The notes under the pieces are model-generated. The model had not been told where the DNA came from. It saw only the letters and a list, made by a program, of their open reading frames with translations, and did not search any database. The position numbers and the translations under genes were made by a program. 64,000 bases of DNA, from positions 2,882 to 66,881 of the forward strand of contig JBAWEQ010000230.1 of assembly GCA_049591295.1 (NCBI GenBank), in the 5' to 3' direction. This DNA is from Acidobacteriota bacterium. GTDB taxonomy: Bacteria > Acidobacteriota > UBA4820 > DSQY01. Shown in pieces: positions 17,764-29,641 of this stretch. Within the stretch, counting starts at the first letter, position 1. The number at the start of each line of letters is the position of its first letter.

Positions 17764-19712
17764 GGCTGGCCTCGGGGGTTCGCGCCCCCTCCGTACCGGG
17801 CTGTGATGAGCCGCTGCGGCTCCTGCGGGGTCAGGCGTACCTTGAGGGGGGCATCCGGCTTGGGCGGCGTCTCCTGGTTCGGCGCTTGGCCCTCTGGCGC
17901 CGCCTTGGTGCCTTCATCCGGCTGGGCCGGCTTTTTGCCCAGCAGGATGTACTCCAGTCCAGCTTTGGCGATCTTGGCCGCGAGTGTGCCCCCGTGGCCG
18001 CCGTGCTCCACCATGACGACGAAGGCCACGGAGGGATTGCCGGCCGGAGCGAATCCCGCGAACCAGGCGTGGTCGCGCTGGTCTTTCGGGAGCGACATGG
18101 AGTTGCGGCCCGCGCTGGCTGCCACCACCTGGGCCGTGCCCGTCTTTGCGCAGACCGCCACGCCGGGGATGCGGCAGGCCGTACCGGTGCCGCTCTCCAC
18201 CACCAATTGGAGCGCCTGCTTGAGGACGGCCTCAGTCTGGGGGGAGATGGCGACCGAGCTCTCGAGCTTGGGCGGACCCTCCAGGAGCTTGGGCTGAAAG
18301 CGCTCTCCGCCCGTGGCGAGGGTCGAGTAGATGGAAAGGAGCTGAAGGGGCGTGACGGTCAAATAGCCTTGCCCGATGGCCACGGGCAGGTTGTCGCCCG
18401 GGTACCAGGGGCCCAAATGTCGTTTGGCTTTCCATGCCGGCGACGGGAAAAAGCCGCCGATCTCGGAGGGCAAATCGACGCCGGTTTTGATGCCGAGGCC
18501 AAAGAACTTTGCCCATTTGTCCATGCGCTGGATGCCGATCCGGTCTCCGGCGTGGTAGAAGTAGACGTCGCAGGAATCCTGGATGCCCTTCAGAAGATCG
18601 ACGGTACCGTGGCCGCCCTTGGCCCAGCAGTGAAAGACGCGTCCGCCGAAATCCCAATATCCAGGACAGTAAAAGGTGGTGTCCGGCGTCAGAACGCCGT
18701 CTTCGAGACCGACCAGGGCCACAAAGGGTTTGAAGGTGGAGCCCGGAGGATAGACCCCCTGGATTGGGCGGTCGAGAAGCGGGTGGCTCGGTTCTTCGGA
18801 GAGTTCCCGCCACTTGGAGGCGGGTATGGCGCCCGAGAAGAGATTGGGGTCGAAGTTGGGCAGGCTGACCCAGGCCAGGATGTCACCGGTGTAGGGATTC
18901 ATGAAGACCGCCGAGCCGTGCTCTTCCCCGAAGGCCTGTTCCAGGATGTTCTGGAGCTGAATGTCCAGAGTCAGGTGCACCGTCTGCCCCGGAACGGGCT
19001 CACGCCGGATGCCTACACCCGGCAGCTTCAGGGTGGGGTCCTCCACCTCTCGCCCCAGGCTGTTGACCTGAGCCATGCGCAGGCCATTCTTACCCATGAG
19101 GAGCGCGTTGGCGGTGCGCTCCACTCCCGACTTGCCCACCTCGATGAAGGGGTCGTTGTCCGACACTCGCAGCTTCTGGGCCTCTTCGGGAGAGAGGAGC
19201 CCCACATAGCCCAGTGCGTGGCTGGCCACAGGCCCGAAGGGATACTCTCGCCGGAGCTCCATCTCGATTCTCAGCATCTTGAGCTCGTCCTGATTGGCCT
19301 CCACCTTCTGCATCCAGGCGGTCGGTATGTCCCGGGCCAGGACGGCCAGGCTCGGCACGGGGCTGCGGCGCAGGGCGGCCTGCACCTCTTCCCTAGTCAT
19401 GACCAGGCCCAGGATCCGCTGCATGCTCAGAAGGGTCTGGTCAAGAGAGCCCCCCTTCGCCGTGTCCAGCACGAGGGAGAAGGAGACTTGGTTTCTGCAG
19501 AGAACCGCGCCGTTTCGGTCCAGGAGCATGCCACGGGGCGCCCGCAGCACCGTGGGACGGGTGTAGTTGTTTTCCGAAAGCAACCGGTAGTACGGGCCCT
19601 GAATGACCTGGAGGTAGAAAAGCCTGAGGGCGAAGACCACGAACAGGATCCAGAGAATGGCCTGGAGGAATTGGATCTTGTTCTGCAGGGAGGGTTCCTG
19701 CGCGCCGTTCAT
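17760..19712 (-). CDS. mrdA: Penicillin-binding protein 2 (peptidoglycan D,D-transpeptidase MrdA)
   Basis: 650 aa; SxxK (STFK), SxN and KTG(T) motifs; N-terminal TM anchor; follows mreD with a 4-nt overlap. Confidence 0.9.
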   Translation of the reverse strand: MNGAQEPSLQNKIQFLQAILWILFVVFALRLFYLQVIQGPYYRLLSENNYTRPTVLRAPRGMLLDRNGAVLCRNQVSFSLVLDTAKGGSLDQTLLSMQRILGLVMTREEVQAALRRSPVPSLAVLARDIPTAWMQKVEANQDELKMLRIEMELRREYPFGPVASHALGYVGLLSPEEAQKLRVSDNDPFIEVGKSGVERTANALLMGKNGLRMAQVNSLGREVEDPTLKLPGVGIRREPVPGQTVHLTLDIQLQNILEQAFGEEHGSAVFMNPYTGDILAWVSLPNFDPNLFSGAIPASKWRELSEEPSHPLLDRPIQGVYPPGSTFKPFVALVGLEDGVLTPDTTFYCPGYWDFGGRVFHCWAKGGHGTVDLLKGIQDSCDVYFYHAGDRIGIQRMDKWAKFFGLGIKTGVDLPSEIGGFFPSPAWKAKRHLGPWYPGDNLPVAIGQGYLTVTPLQLLSIYSTLATGGERFQPKLLEGPPKLESSVAISPQTEAVLKQALQLVVESGTGTACRIPGVAVCAKTGTAQVVAASAGRNSMSLPKDQRDHAWFAGFAPAGNPSVAFVVMVEHGGHGGTLAAKIAKAGLEYILLGKKPAQPDEGTKAAPEGQAPNQETPPKPDAPLKVRLTPQEPQRLITARYGGGANPRGQP

Positions 19713-20191
19713 GGCCGTTCCTCCGGAAAGAGCTTGCGCGCGGCCAATTCGAACCCCGCCGCCATCAGCCCCGTCACCAGACTGCCCAGGAGAACGGGGA
19801 CGAAGAACGGGGCGGCCAGGGGAAGGCCGAGCAGGAGGTAGAGTAGCGCCACCAAGCCCGCGTCCACAATGTAGCTGGCCCAGCCGAAGAAGGCCAAGGG
19901 AACCACCCCTTGCAGCATGACCTTGGAACCGATCCAGCCGAGCAGATAACCCAGCAAGGTGAAGGCGGTGCCGTGGAAGCCCACGTACGGGAGGAAATAG
20001 GCGTCGCAGAGGGCTCCGAGAAAGGCTCCCCAGAGCAGCCCGGAGAGCTTACCGCCCCTGAGCGCCAGGACCGTGAGCAGGGCGAGGAAGGGGTTGGCGA
20101 TGGTGAGCCCGCCCGACACGAGGGGCAGCAGGGTTTGCACGGCCACGGCCATGAACAGGAGCAGGAGGGAGGCGATGAGTCGCTTACCCAT
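19709..20191 (-). CDS. mreD: Rod shape-determining protein MreD
   Basis: 160-aa hydrophobic protein between mreC and mrdA; overlaps both neighbours. Confidence 0.8.
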   Translation of the reverse strand: MGKRLIASLLLLFMAVAVQTLLPLVSGGLTIANPFLALLTVLALRGGKLSGLLWGAFLGALCDAYFLPYVGFHGTAFTLLGYLLGWIGSKVMLQGVVPLAFFGWASYIVDAGLVALLYLLLGLPLAAPFFVPVLLGSLVTGLMAAGFELAARKLFPEERP

Positions 20192-20995
20192 TGGTCTTCC
20201 TGAGGAGCAGAACCCACATGAGGTCGCCGAGGCGGGATGCCGGGCTGAGGGTGATCCGCTTCAGGTAGTCCGGGCCGTCCGACACCTCGGTGACGGTGCC
20301 CATCCGGATCCCCGGAGGGAAGATCCCGTCCTCGCCTGAGGTCACGAAGAGGTCGCCCGCCTTCACGTCGGCCTCGTTGGATACCCAGCGGACGGAGAGG
20401 GTGCGTCCCTCTCCCACGGCCACGCCGTGGACGCCCGAACGGTCCGACATGACCCCCACCGCCGAGCTGGGGTCCGTCACCAGCAGGATCCGGTACAGGG
20501 GGCCGATGCGCGTCTGAACCCTTCCCACGGCGCCCTGGGGCCCGATCACCGGCGTACGGTCCGGAAAGGACAGATCGCTTCTGCACGACACGAGCAGGTA
20601 GCGCCCGAAGGGCACCCCGAATTCCGTGAGCGCCTTGGCGCCGAACACCTGGTAGCCAGTCGGCTTCGGCGCCTTGATGAGTTCGCGGAGCTGGAGCACC
20701 TCCTTTTCGAGGGCCTGGCTGATCTCCAACCTGCCTTGGAGTTCCCGGTTGTCCTCCTCCAGCCTCTCGGCCTTCACGGCGGCGTCCCTCTGCCAAAAAT
20801 AGGCTTGGAGGCCCTCCCTGGTGAGCCGGTTGGCCGAGTCGTAGACGGACAAGAAAGGGCCGAACGCGCCGAGGGCGAGGCTGCTGAGGGCAGATTGCGT
20901 CCCCCGCCTGACCTGCCAGCCCAGGAGGACGAGGTAGCCGGCCATCAAGAGGACGAGCAGGACTTCGGGCCGGCGGATGGGCGACCTGCGGGACA

Positions 20996-20996
<1 letters not shown>
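20184..20996 (-). CDS. mreC: Rod shape-determining protein MreC
   Basis: N-terminal TM helix, coiled-coil (LQ.RL.ELE..L..L), C-terminal beta domain; directly after mreB. Confidence 0.9.
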
Positions 20997-23103
<2,107 letters not shown>

Positions 23104-23124
23104 GGCCGGCCCATCAGAAGGGTG

Positions 23125-24552
23125 TCAGTACGAAGAAACCGACTGGAACTGCTTCCGCCAGATCGTCTCGTTGCCCTCGTCGTCGAAGGCGCGCACCTGT
23201 ACGGCCTGGGTCCCGTAGTCGGAAAAGATCACGATTTTGCTGAAGGTGCCGTCGGCGTTGACGGGCACTTCGATGTCGTTCACAGAGATGGAGACGCCCG
23301 GGTCGGTCGTGCCCTGGAGGATGACCCCGTCGCCGATGGGTGTGGCGTCCACGCTCAACTTGAGATCACGCTTGATCTTGGGGCGCTGGTAGATCTGCAG
23401 GATCCGGAACCGGTAGATGGGCGACCAGAAGGTCCTCTTGTCGTCCCCCTCGGTTCGCAGCCGCCAGTAGTAGGTTCCGGCCGGCATGCCCTTCACGGTC
23501 ACGTTATCGTCCCCTCGCACGGTCTGGTCCGTGAGCAGGGTCGAGAAGAGCGGCTTGGCCGAGAGTTCGAACCTCGTCACCGCGCCGCCGCCCTTCCACT
23601 TGAACACCATCGGCTGGTGGACCGGGTCCTCCAGCCGGAAGATCTGTTGGTCTTTCGGGGTGTCCGCCGCAGGGGGAGGGACAAGGGCCTCCGTCTGTCC
23701 CATGCCCGTGGAGGTCGTCACCACGGATACCCCCGTGGCACCCGCCTGAAGGGTCTCTTTCCGCCCGGCGGCCTCGATCTCGCCGGTGCCCGTGAAGATG
23801 GACGTGGTCACGTCCCCGTTGGCGGCCTGGCCCACGCCGACGCGAGAGGCCGCTGCCGGCCGGACCTTGGTGGTGTCCGTCGCGATGATGGACTCATCCT
23901 TCGCGGTCATGGTCTCCGGCGTCTGCGTCTCCACGAAGCCCTGCTTCAGAGCCACCTCGATGCGGCTGCCGCCGGCGGGACTGGTGCTCAACGCCTGGAT
24001 CACGACCAGGGAGTCGGAGGAGATGATCTGGATCTGGCCGTTGTGGTATTTGATCTGGGCCGAGCTGTTCTTACCGGTACGCACGATGTCCCCATCCTCC
24101 AGGATCATCTGTTCGGAGGCATTCGTGAAGAGGTGCTGGCCCGTCCGCTTGACTTCCACCTGGCCCTCCGTCGTGACCAGGGTGGCGTACTTCTGCGACG
24201 TGCTCGAACTCGCCTGGGCATTCTTCAGGGTTTCCAGCACGTCGTTGGCCATGGATAGGGCCTTCGGGAAGTGCCCGGCCGCGAACTCGTTGCGGGCTTG
24301 CTGGAGCATGGTGCTGGTCTGTCTGAGGGTGGCCCTCACCTCGCCCGAGACGTCGGGGGTGTCCATCGTGTCCTGGAGCCGCTGGGCCTTCGTAAGCGCC
24401 CGTTCGGCCTGGATTTTGGGGTTTCCGTGCCAGCGCCAGTAGAAGAAGACCCCTCCACCGATCAGCCCGAGGGCGGCGAGCACAAGGATGATGCTGTAAA
24501 TATCCTTGTACTTGATCGTGATCCAATCGAGCTCGCGGCCCCTCTGTGCCAT
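23125..24552 (-). CDS. FecR-domain membrane-anchored protein
   Basis: N-terminal TM helix (IILVLAALGLIGGGVFFYW), then a beta-rich FecR-like region. Start set at the second ATG (GGAAAGGGG upstream). Confidence 0.6.
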   Translation of the reverse strand: MAQRGRELDWITIKYKDIYSIILVLAALGLIGGGVFFYWRWHGNPKIQAERALTKAQRLQDTMDTPDVSGEVRATLRQTSTMLQQARNEFAAGHFPKALSMANDVLETLKNAQASSSTSQKYATLVTTEGQVEVKRTGQHLFTNASEQMILEDGDIVRTGKNSSAQIKYHNGQIQIISSDSLVVIQALSTSPAGGSRIEVALKQGFVETQTPETMTAKDESIIATDTTKVRPAAASRVGVGQAANGDVTTSIFTGTGEIEAAGRKETLQAGATGVSVVTTSTGMGQTEALVPPPAADTPKDQQIFRLEDPVHQPMVFKWKGGGAVTRFELSAKPLFSTLLTDQTVRGDDNVTVKGMPAGTYYWRLRTEGDDKRTFWSPIYRFRILQIYQRPKIKRDLKLSVDATPIGDGVILQGTTDPGVSISVNDIEVPVNADGTFSKIVIFSDYGTQAVQVRAFDDEGNETIWRKQFQSVSSY

Positions 24553-24695
24553 GGGAAACCCCTTTCCAGCCAATCGAATGATACCCCATAGCCGTCAAGG
24601 GCTCAAGCCCGATGAGGCCTTTGCCGGGCCGGTGCGATGTTCACTTGCCGGAGGGCTCCCTCCGGCCCCATAATACGGCTCCAGGAGGTCCGTCC

Positions 24696-25274
24696 ATGAA
24701 GGGTCAGAATGCTGCTCCGGCTGGTTCGGGAGGCTCCATGAGGAGCTTTTGGATCGTCATCGCCTTGGCCGTGGCGATCCTCGGCGTCTACTTGCTCCGG
24801 ACGGGCCTTCGCGGCGGTGGGCCTGCGGGGCTGGTACCCTCGGGCCAACGTTCTCCCGCCGGTACGGCGGCCATCGAGCCCGTGACGTCCGGTGCCAGCT
24901 CCGTGGACCTGGCTTCGTTGAAGGGAAAGGTCGTCGTTCTCCACTTCTGGGCGACCTGGTGCCCGCCCTGCAGGGCCGAGTTTCCGGAGTTTGCACGGTA
25001 CGCCGGGGCTCACCAGGAGGACCCTGGAATCGTCATCCTCCCGGTGTCGGTAGACAACGACAAGGCGCCGGTTCTGACCTTCCTCCAGGCCATTCCGCAG
25101 CATTTCCCCGTCTACATCGACCAGGGCGGACTGGCGGACCAGATGGGCGTGACCGCCATCCCCACGACCGTAGTCCTGGACCGGGAGGGCAAGGTGGCCT
25201 GGACGGCGCAGGGCGCCACGGACTGGTCGTCCAAGGGCGTCCCGGCGGTGGTCCGAAAGCTGGATCATGAGTGA
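24696..25274 (+). CDS. TlpA-family thiol:disulfide oxidoreductase (thioredoxin fold, periplasmic)
   Basis: WATWCPPC active site; signal/anchor FWIVIALAVAIL; ATG at 24696 with AGGAGG 7 nt upstream. Confidence 0.8.
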   Translation: MKGQNAAPAGSGGSMRSFWIVIALAVAILGVYLLRTGLRGGGPAGLVPSGQRSPAGTAAIEPVTSGASSVDLASLKGKVVVLHFWATWCPPCRAEFPEFARYAGAHQEDPGIVILPVSVDNDKAPVLTFLQAIPQHFPVYIDQGGLADQMGVTAIPTTVVLDREGKVAWTAQGATDWSSKGVPAVVRKLDHE

Positions 25275-26889
25275 GCCGGCCGGCCGGGCGCCCCAGCGAG
25301 TCGATGCCAAGGTCCTGATCGGGGGGGAGTGGTACCAGAAGGACGACCGCCTGGAGAGCCTCAACCCGGCCACCGGCGAGATCATCGGATACGCGCCCCT
25401 CTGCAACAAGGAGGACGTGGGTTTGGCCGTGCGCGCCGCCAGGGAGGCGCAGCCCTCCTGGGCGGCCCTGCCGCTGGATCGCAGGATCGGTCACCTGGAG
25501 ACGCTGAGGGGGCTGGTGGCGCAGGAGGGCGACGCCCTGGCCTCTCTCATCACCCAGGAATCGGGCAAGCCGCTTCAGGAAGCCCACTTTTTGGAGATTC
25601 TGGGCACCCTCGATCTCATAGCCGGCCTCTGCAAGGGGGCGCCGGCCTACCTCGACGACCGCCGTGTGAGGGGAGGAAATCCTCTCCTGTGGGGGAAGCG
25701 CCACTGGATCCGCAGGGTGCCGCTCGGCGTGCTGGGAGTGATCTCGCCGTGGAACCTGCCGCTGGCCATCCCCATGGGGCAGATCCTGCCCGCCCTCCTG
25801 GCCGGCAACACCGTCGTGTTCAAGCCGTCCGAACTCGCGCCGCTCGTGGGAACGAAGCTGGCTGGGCTCTTCCACCGGGCGGGCTTCCCTCCCGGCGTGC
25901 TCAACCTGGTGACGGGCGGGCGCGAGACGGGCGCCCATCTGGTGGAAGGCGGATTGGACGGCCTCCTCTTCACTGGGTCCACGGGCGCCGGACATGAAAT
26001 CCAGGCTAAGCTAGCGCCGAGGCTCATCCCCACGGGGCTGGCGTTGGGGGGGAAGGACGCCTTCCTGGTTCTCCCGGACGCCCCGTTCGCGAGGACCGTC
26101 AACGGGGCCGCATGGGCGGCCTGCTCCGGGACCGGCCAGGCCTGCGCTTCCGCGGAGCGGTTCTTCGCGCCGGCCCACATGAAGGATAGATTCGCCGCCG
26201 CCGTGGCGGACAAGGTCGGGGCGCTCAGGGCTGGGAACGGCATGGAGGAGGGAGTCGAGGTCGGCCCCCTGATCTCTTCCCAGCAGCTCGAACGGGTTGA
26301 GGCCCACGTGCAAGAAGCCGTCTCGAAGGGGGCGCGCCTTCTGTGCGGCGGACGGCGACTGCCCGGCCCAGGCTTCTTCTTCCAGCCCACGGTACTGGTG
26401 GACGTGCCCCTGGACTGCGCTCTCATGAGGGAGGAGACCACGGGACCGGTGGTGCCCGTCATGGGGTACGCCGACCTGGATGAGGCGGTCCGATGGACCA
26501 ACGACTCTCGTTACGGCCTGTCCGCTTCGATCTGGACCGCGGATGTGGAGCGGGGCCTGGCCCTCGGCCGCCGGCTGGCCGTGGGCTCCGTCTGGATCAA
26601 CGACGTCTCCTACATCCATACCCAGGCGCAGTTCCCCTGGGGCGGAATGAAGCAGTCCGGATCGGGCCGCACCCCCTGGCTTGGTTCGCTCCATGAATGG
26701 ACCTCGATCCAGCTCCTGGGGGCCGACAGAGGTCAGCGGGAGGGAGAGCTCTGGTGGTTTCCCTACAGCTCCGACGGCCTGGACCTGGCTAGGCGGATGC
26801 GGTTTCTCCTCGCCGAGGGGCTGGCGGGACGCCTCATCAACCTGATACCCTTCTTCAAAGACCTGGTGAAGGTGAGAGGGACTCGTTGA
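25267..26889 (+). CDS. Aldehyde dehydrogenase family protein with ~60-aa C-terminal extension
   Basis: 540 aa; ALDH Glu and Cys active-site regions (ELGGK-like GGKDAFLV; catalytic Cys region ..GQACASAERF..); overlaps the TlpA stop by 8 nt. Confidence 0.85.
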   Translation: MSEPAGRAPQRVDAKVLIGGEWYQKDDRLESLNPATGEIIGYAPLCNKEDVGLAVRAAREAQPSWAALPLDRRIGHLETLRGLVAQEGDALASLITQESGKPLQEAHFLEILGTLDLIAGLCKGAPAYLDDRRVRGGNPLLWGKRHWIRRVPLGVLGVISPWNLPLAIPMGQILPALLAGNTVVFKPSELAPLVGTKLAGLFHRAGFPPGVLNLVTGGRETGAHLVEGGLDGLLFTGSTGAGHEIQAKLAPRLIPTGLALGGKDAFLVLPDAPFARTVNGAAWAACSGTGQACASAERFFAPAHMKDRFAAAVADKVGALRAGNGMEEGVEVGPLISSQQLERVEAHVQEAVSKGARLLCGGRRLPGPGFFFQPTVLVDVPLDCALMREETTGPVVPVMGYADLDEAVRWTNDSRYGLSASIWTADVERGLALGRRLAVGSVWINDVSYIHTQAQFPWGGMKQSGSGRTPWLGSLHEWTSIQLLGADRGQREGELWWFPYSSDGLDLARRMRFLLAEGLAGRLINLIPFFKDLVKVRGTR

Positions 26890-26890
26890 G

Positions 26891-27607
26891 ATGCTGCACG
26901 TGGGGATTACGGCGGACTGGGAAGAGGGCGAAGGAGGCCGCAAGCTCGTCCTGAGCCGGGAGTACTTCGAGTGGGTCAAGGGTGCGGGGCTCCTGCCCAT
27001 CGCCCTGCCGGCGCTTCCGGGCTCCGAGGCGGAGGCCCTGGCGGGCCTGTCGGCCCTGGTGCTCTCGGGAGGCCACGACATTGCCCCCTCCCTCTACGGA
27101 GCCGATCCGGAACCCCGTCCCGGGGAGCACTACTCCCACCCCGACCGGACGGCGTTTGAATTCACGCTCCTCTGGCGCTGCCTGAAGCTCGGCGTTCCCG
27201 TTCTGGGCATCTGTCTGGGATGTCAGACCATCAACGCGGCCCTCGGCGGCGACCTGGTCCGGCACCTGGAGGACCCCCGCCTGCGGCACCGCCGAAGCGC
27301 TCCAGGAAAACCCTCTCCCCGCCACCGTCTTCACGTGGAGCCGGGCACCCTGGTGGCAAGCCTCTATCCTGGTCGGGACACGAGGGTCCACTCCTCCCAT
27401 CACCAGGCCGTGGGGAACCTGGCGGCGGGCTGGAGGATTACGGCGCGGGGTCCCGATGAGGTGCCCGAAGCCATCGAGCACCCCGCGCATCCGCGCGTCC
27501 TGGGCATCCAATGGCACCCGGAGCGAACGCCACGATCGCCCTTTTCGCGAAACCTCGGCCGCTGGCTCAGGGACCAGGCGGAGAGATATGGCGGGCATGG
27601 TGGATGA
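26891..27607 (+). CDS. Class I glutamine amidotransferase-like peptidase C26 (gamma-glutamyl-gamma-aminobutyrate hydrolase PuuD-like)
   Basis: GICLGCQ catalytic Cys motif and His (HHQAV...WHPE); starts 2 nt after the ALDH stop. Confidence 0.75.
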   Translation: MLHVGITADWEEGEGGRKLVLSREYFEWVKGAGLLPIALPALPGSEAEALAGLSALVLSGGHDIAPSLYGADPEPRPGEHYSHPDRTAFEFTLLWRCLKLGVPVLGICLGCQTINAALGGDLVRHLEDPRLRHRRSAPGKPSPRHRLHVEPGTLVASLYPGRDTRVHSSHHQAVGNLAAGWRITARGPDEVPEAIEHPAHPRVLGIQWHPERTPRSPFSRNLGRWLRDQAERYGGHGG

Positions 27608-27658
27608 GGGACGACAGATGAGGAATGAAGAAACCAAGGCGGGGATGAGCCCTTCGCT

Positions 27659-27687
27659 CCCTGTTTCCCTGTTTCCCTGTTTCCCTG
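27659..27687. repeat. Tandem octamer repeat (CCCTGTTT) x3 plus partial, 14 nt upstream of the DinG-like start
   Basis: Three perfect head-to-tail CCCTGTTT copies at 27659-27682, then CCCTG. Confidence 0.8.
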
Positions 27688-27700
27688 GCTCGATCTTCGC

Positions 27701-29641
27701 ATGAAAGGCCCCCGCCCGGAGGAGCCCGACTTTCGAGCGCTGCTCGGCCCCGAAGGGCCGCTGGCCAGGGAGCCCTTCTACGAGTACCGGCCCGGTCAGG
27801 AGGAGATGGCCGCCGCCGTTTGGCGCGCCCTGCGCCACGAGGGGTTCCTGTTGGCCGAGGCGGGGACGGGAACGGGGAAAAGCCTGGCCTATCTGCTCCC
27901 GGCCGCCCACCTGGACCGCAGGGTCGTGATCTCAACGGGCACCAAGGCCCTCCAAGAGCAGCTGGCCAGGAAGGACATCCCGCTTCTTGAGCGGATTCTG
28001 GAGCGGCCTGTGCGCGCCGTAACGGTGAAGGGGCGCGCCAACTACCTGTGTCTCCATTACTGGCGCCGCTTTCTGGCGGAGCCGCTGTTCACCTCGCCGG
28101 CGGACGCGGCCCACCTGAAACGGCTGGAGGCCTGGGCCTCCTCCACCAAGACGGGCGACAAGGCCGAGTGGGATGGGATCCCTGAGGATTTCTCCACATG
28201 GCGGGAGATCAACGCGCGGGGAGAGCGCTGCCTGGGATCCTCCTGCCCGCTGTTCAACGACTGCCACGTGGTTCAGCTCAGGCGCCAGGCCGAGGCCGCC
28301 GATCTGGTCGTGACCAACCACCACCTGCTCTGCGCCGACCTGGCGCTGAAGAACCGCTGGGACGCCGCCGCCCTGCCCGAGTACGCGCACCTCGTCATGG
28401 ACGAGGCCCACGAGGCGGAGGAGGCGGCCACCTCCTTCTTCGGGGTGAGTGTGAGCCGCCGCATGGTGCAGGAGTGGCTCCACGACGCGGCGAAAGTCGC
28501 CGGCGGGGGCGAAGGCAATCTGAGCCGCATCCTGCAGGACGCAACGCAGGCGGTGCTCTTCTTCTTCGGACCCATAGAGGCCCGCGGGGAGCGGCGCGAG
28601 GTCATTCGTGCGGGCCGTCCCGGTGGGGGCGAGGAGGCCCTGCGCGAGAGGATGGACAATGCCCTGGACGCCGCGGGCCTCGCCTTGCAGGGCACGGACG
28701 GCGGGGGCGAGGTGGAGGGGCTGCTGGGCCGGCTCGAAACCCTTCGGGAGGCCGTGGAGTTCGTGCTGGACGGCGCGGACGACGCCTACGTGCGCTACGT
28801 GGAGGCCCGCGGCCGGAACGTGATCCTGGGCGCCAGCCCCATCGACGTGGGGGATCTGATGCGCGAGAACCTCTACGGCCGGCTCAACGGCGCCGCCTTC
28901 ACCTCGGCCACTCTCACGGTTGGGGGCTCCTTCGCCTATTTTAGAAGCCGCATGGGGATTCCCGAGGGGACCGAGGAACTCCGCCTGCCCAGTCCGTTCG
29001 ACTACGGCCGGCAGGGCCTCCTCTACGTCCCGGCGCGATTTCCGGACCCCGGCGACGAGGGGTTTCTGGATGCCCTCCTGGCCGCCCTCCCCCCGTTGAT
29101 CGGATTCTCCCGCGGCCGGGCCTTCGTGCTGTGCACCTCCTACCGCAACATGCGGGCCGTGGCCCAGTCCCTGGAAGCCCTGCTGCCCTTTCCGGTCCTG
29201 GTCCAGGGGGAGGAGCCCAAGGCGTTGCTGCTGGAGCGTTTCCGGCAGGCGGGCAACGCGGTGCTCGTGGCCACCGCCTCCTTCTGGCAGGGCGTGGACG
29301 TTCAGGGCGAGGCACTCTCTCTCGTGGTCATCGACAAGCTGCCCTTCGCCGCCCCCAACGATCCCCTGACCCAGGCGAGGATCGACGGCCTGCGAAAGTC
29401 CGGGCAGGACCCCTTCACGGGCTACCAGGTGCCCATGGCCGCCATCATGCTCCAGCAGGGGGTGGGCCGCCTGATCCGCTCCACGCGGGACCGGGGCGTG
29501 GTGGCCTGCTTCGACGTGAGGCTGAGGCGGAGATCCTACGGCCGGCTGCTGCTGGCCTCGCTCCCCCCCTTCGCCGTGACCGAGAGCCTGGACGCGGTGG
29601 AGGCCTTCTTCTCCTCCGAAGCCGAGCAGGAGGCGCCTTGA
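27701..29641 (+). CDS. ATP-dependent DNA helicase, DinG/Rad3-like (DEAD_2 + Helicase_C_2)
   Basis: Walker A AEAGTGTGKS; DEAH box (VMDEAHEAEE); C-terminal helicase motifs (ATASFWQGVD, QGVGRLIRS). Confidence 0.85.
   Translation: MKGPRPEEPDFRALLGPEGPLAREPFYEYRPGQEEMAAAVWRALRHEGFLLAEAGTGTGKSLAYLLPAAHLDRRVVISTGTKALQEQLARKDIPLLERILERPVRAVTVKGRANYLCLHYWRRFLAEPLFTSPADAAHLKRLEAWASSTKTGDKAEWDGIPEDFSTWREINARGERCLGSSCPLFNDCHVVQLRRQAEAADLVVTNHHLLCADLALKNRWDAAALPEYAHLVMDEAHEAEEAATSFFGVSVSRRMVQEWLHDAAKVAGGGEGNLSRILQDATQAVLFFFGPIEARGERREVIRAGRPGGGEEALRERMDNALDAAGLALQGTDGGGEVEGLLGRLETLREAVEFVLDGADDAYVRYVEARGRNVILGASPIDVGDLMRENLYGRLNGAAFTSATLTVGGSFAYFRSRMGIPEGTEELRLPSPFDYGRQGLLYVPARFPDPGDEGFLDALLAALPPLIGFSRGRAFVLCTSYRNMRAVAQSLEALLPFPVLVQGEEPKALLLERFRQAGNAVLVATASFWQGVDVQGEALSLVVIDKLPFAAPNDPLTQARIDGLRKSGQDPFTGYQVPMAAIMLQQGVGRLIRSTRDRGVVACFDVRLRRRSYGRLLLASLPPFAVTESLDAVEAFFSSEAEQEAP

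Noticed and set aside
17886-19841. 651-aa plus-strand ORF antisense to mrdA, crossing the mrdA/mreD boundary
   Set aside because: Same reasoning: the mre operon genes on the minus strand are real.
23125-24573. Full-length ORF-track start for the FecR-domain protein (MAGKGFPM..)
   Set aside because: The second ATG (24552) has the better purine-rich RBS (GGAAAGGGG); the first ATG would put the RBS inside the coding sequence.
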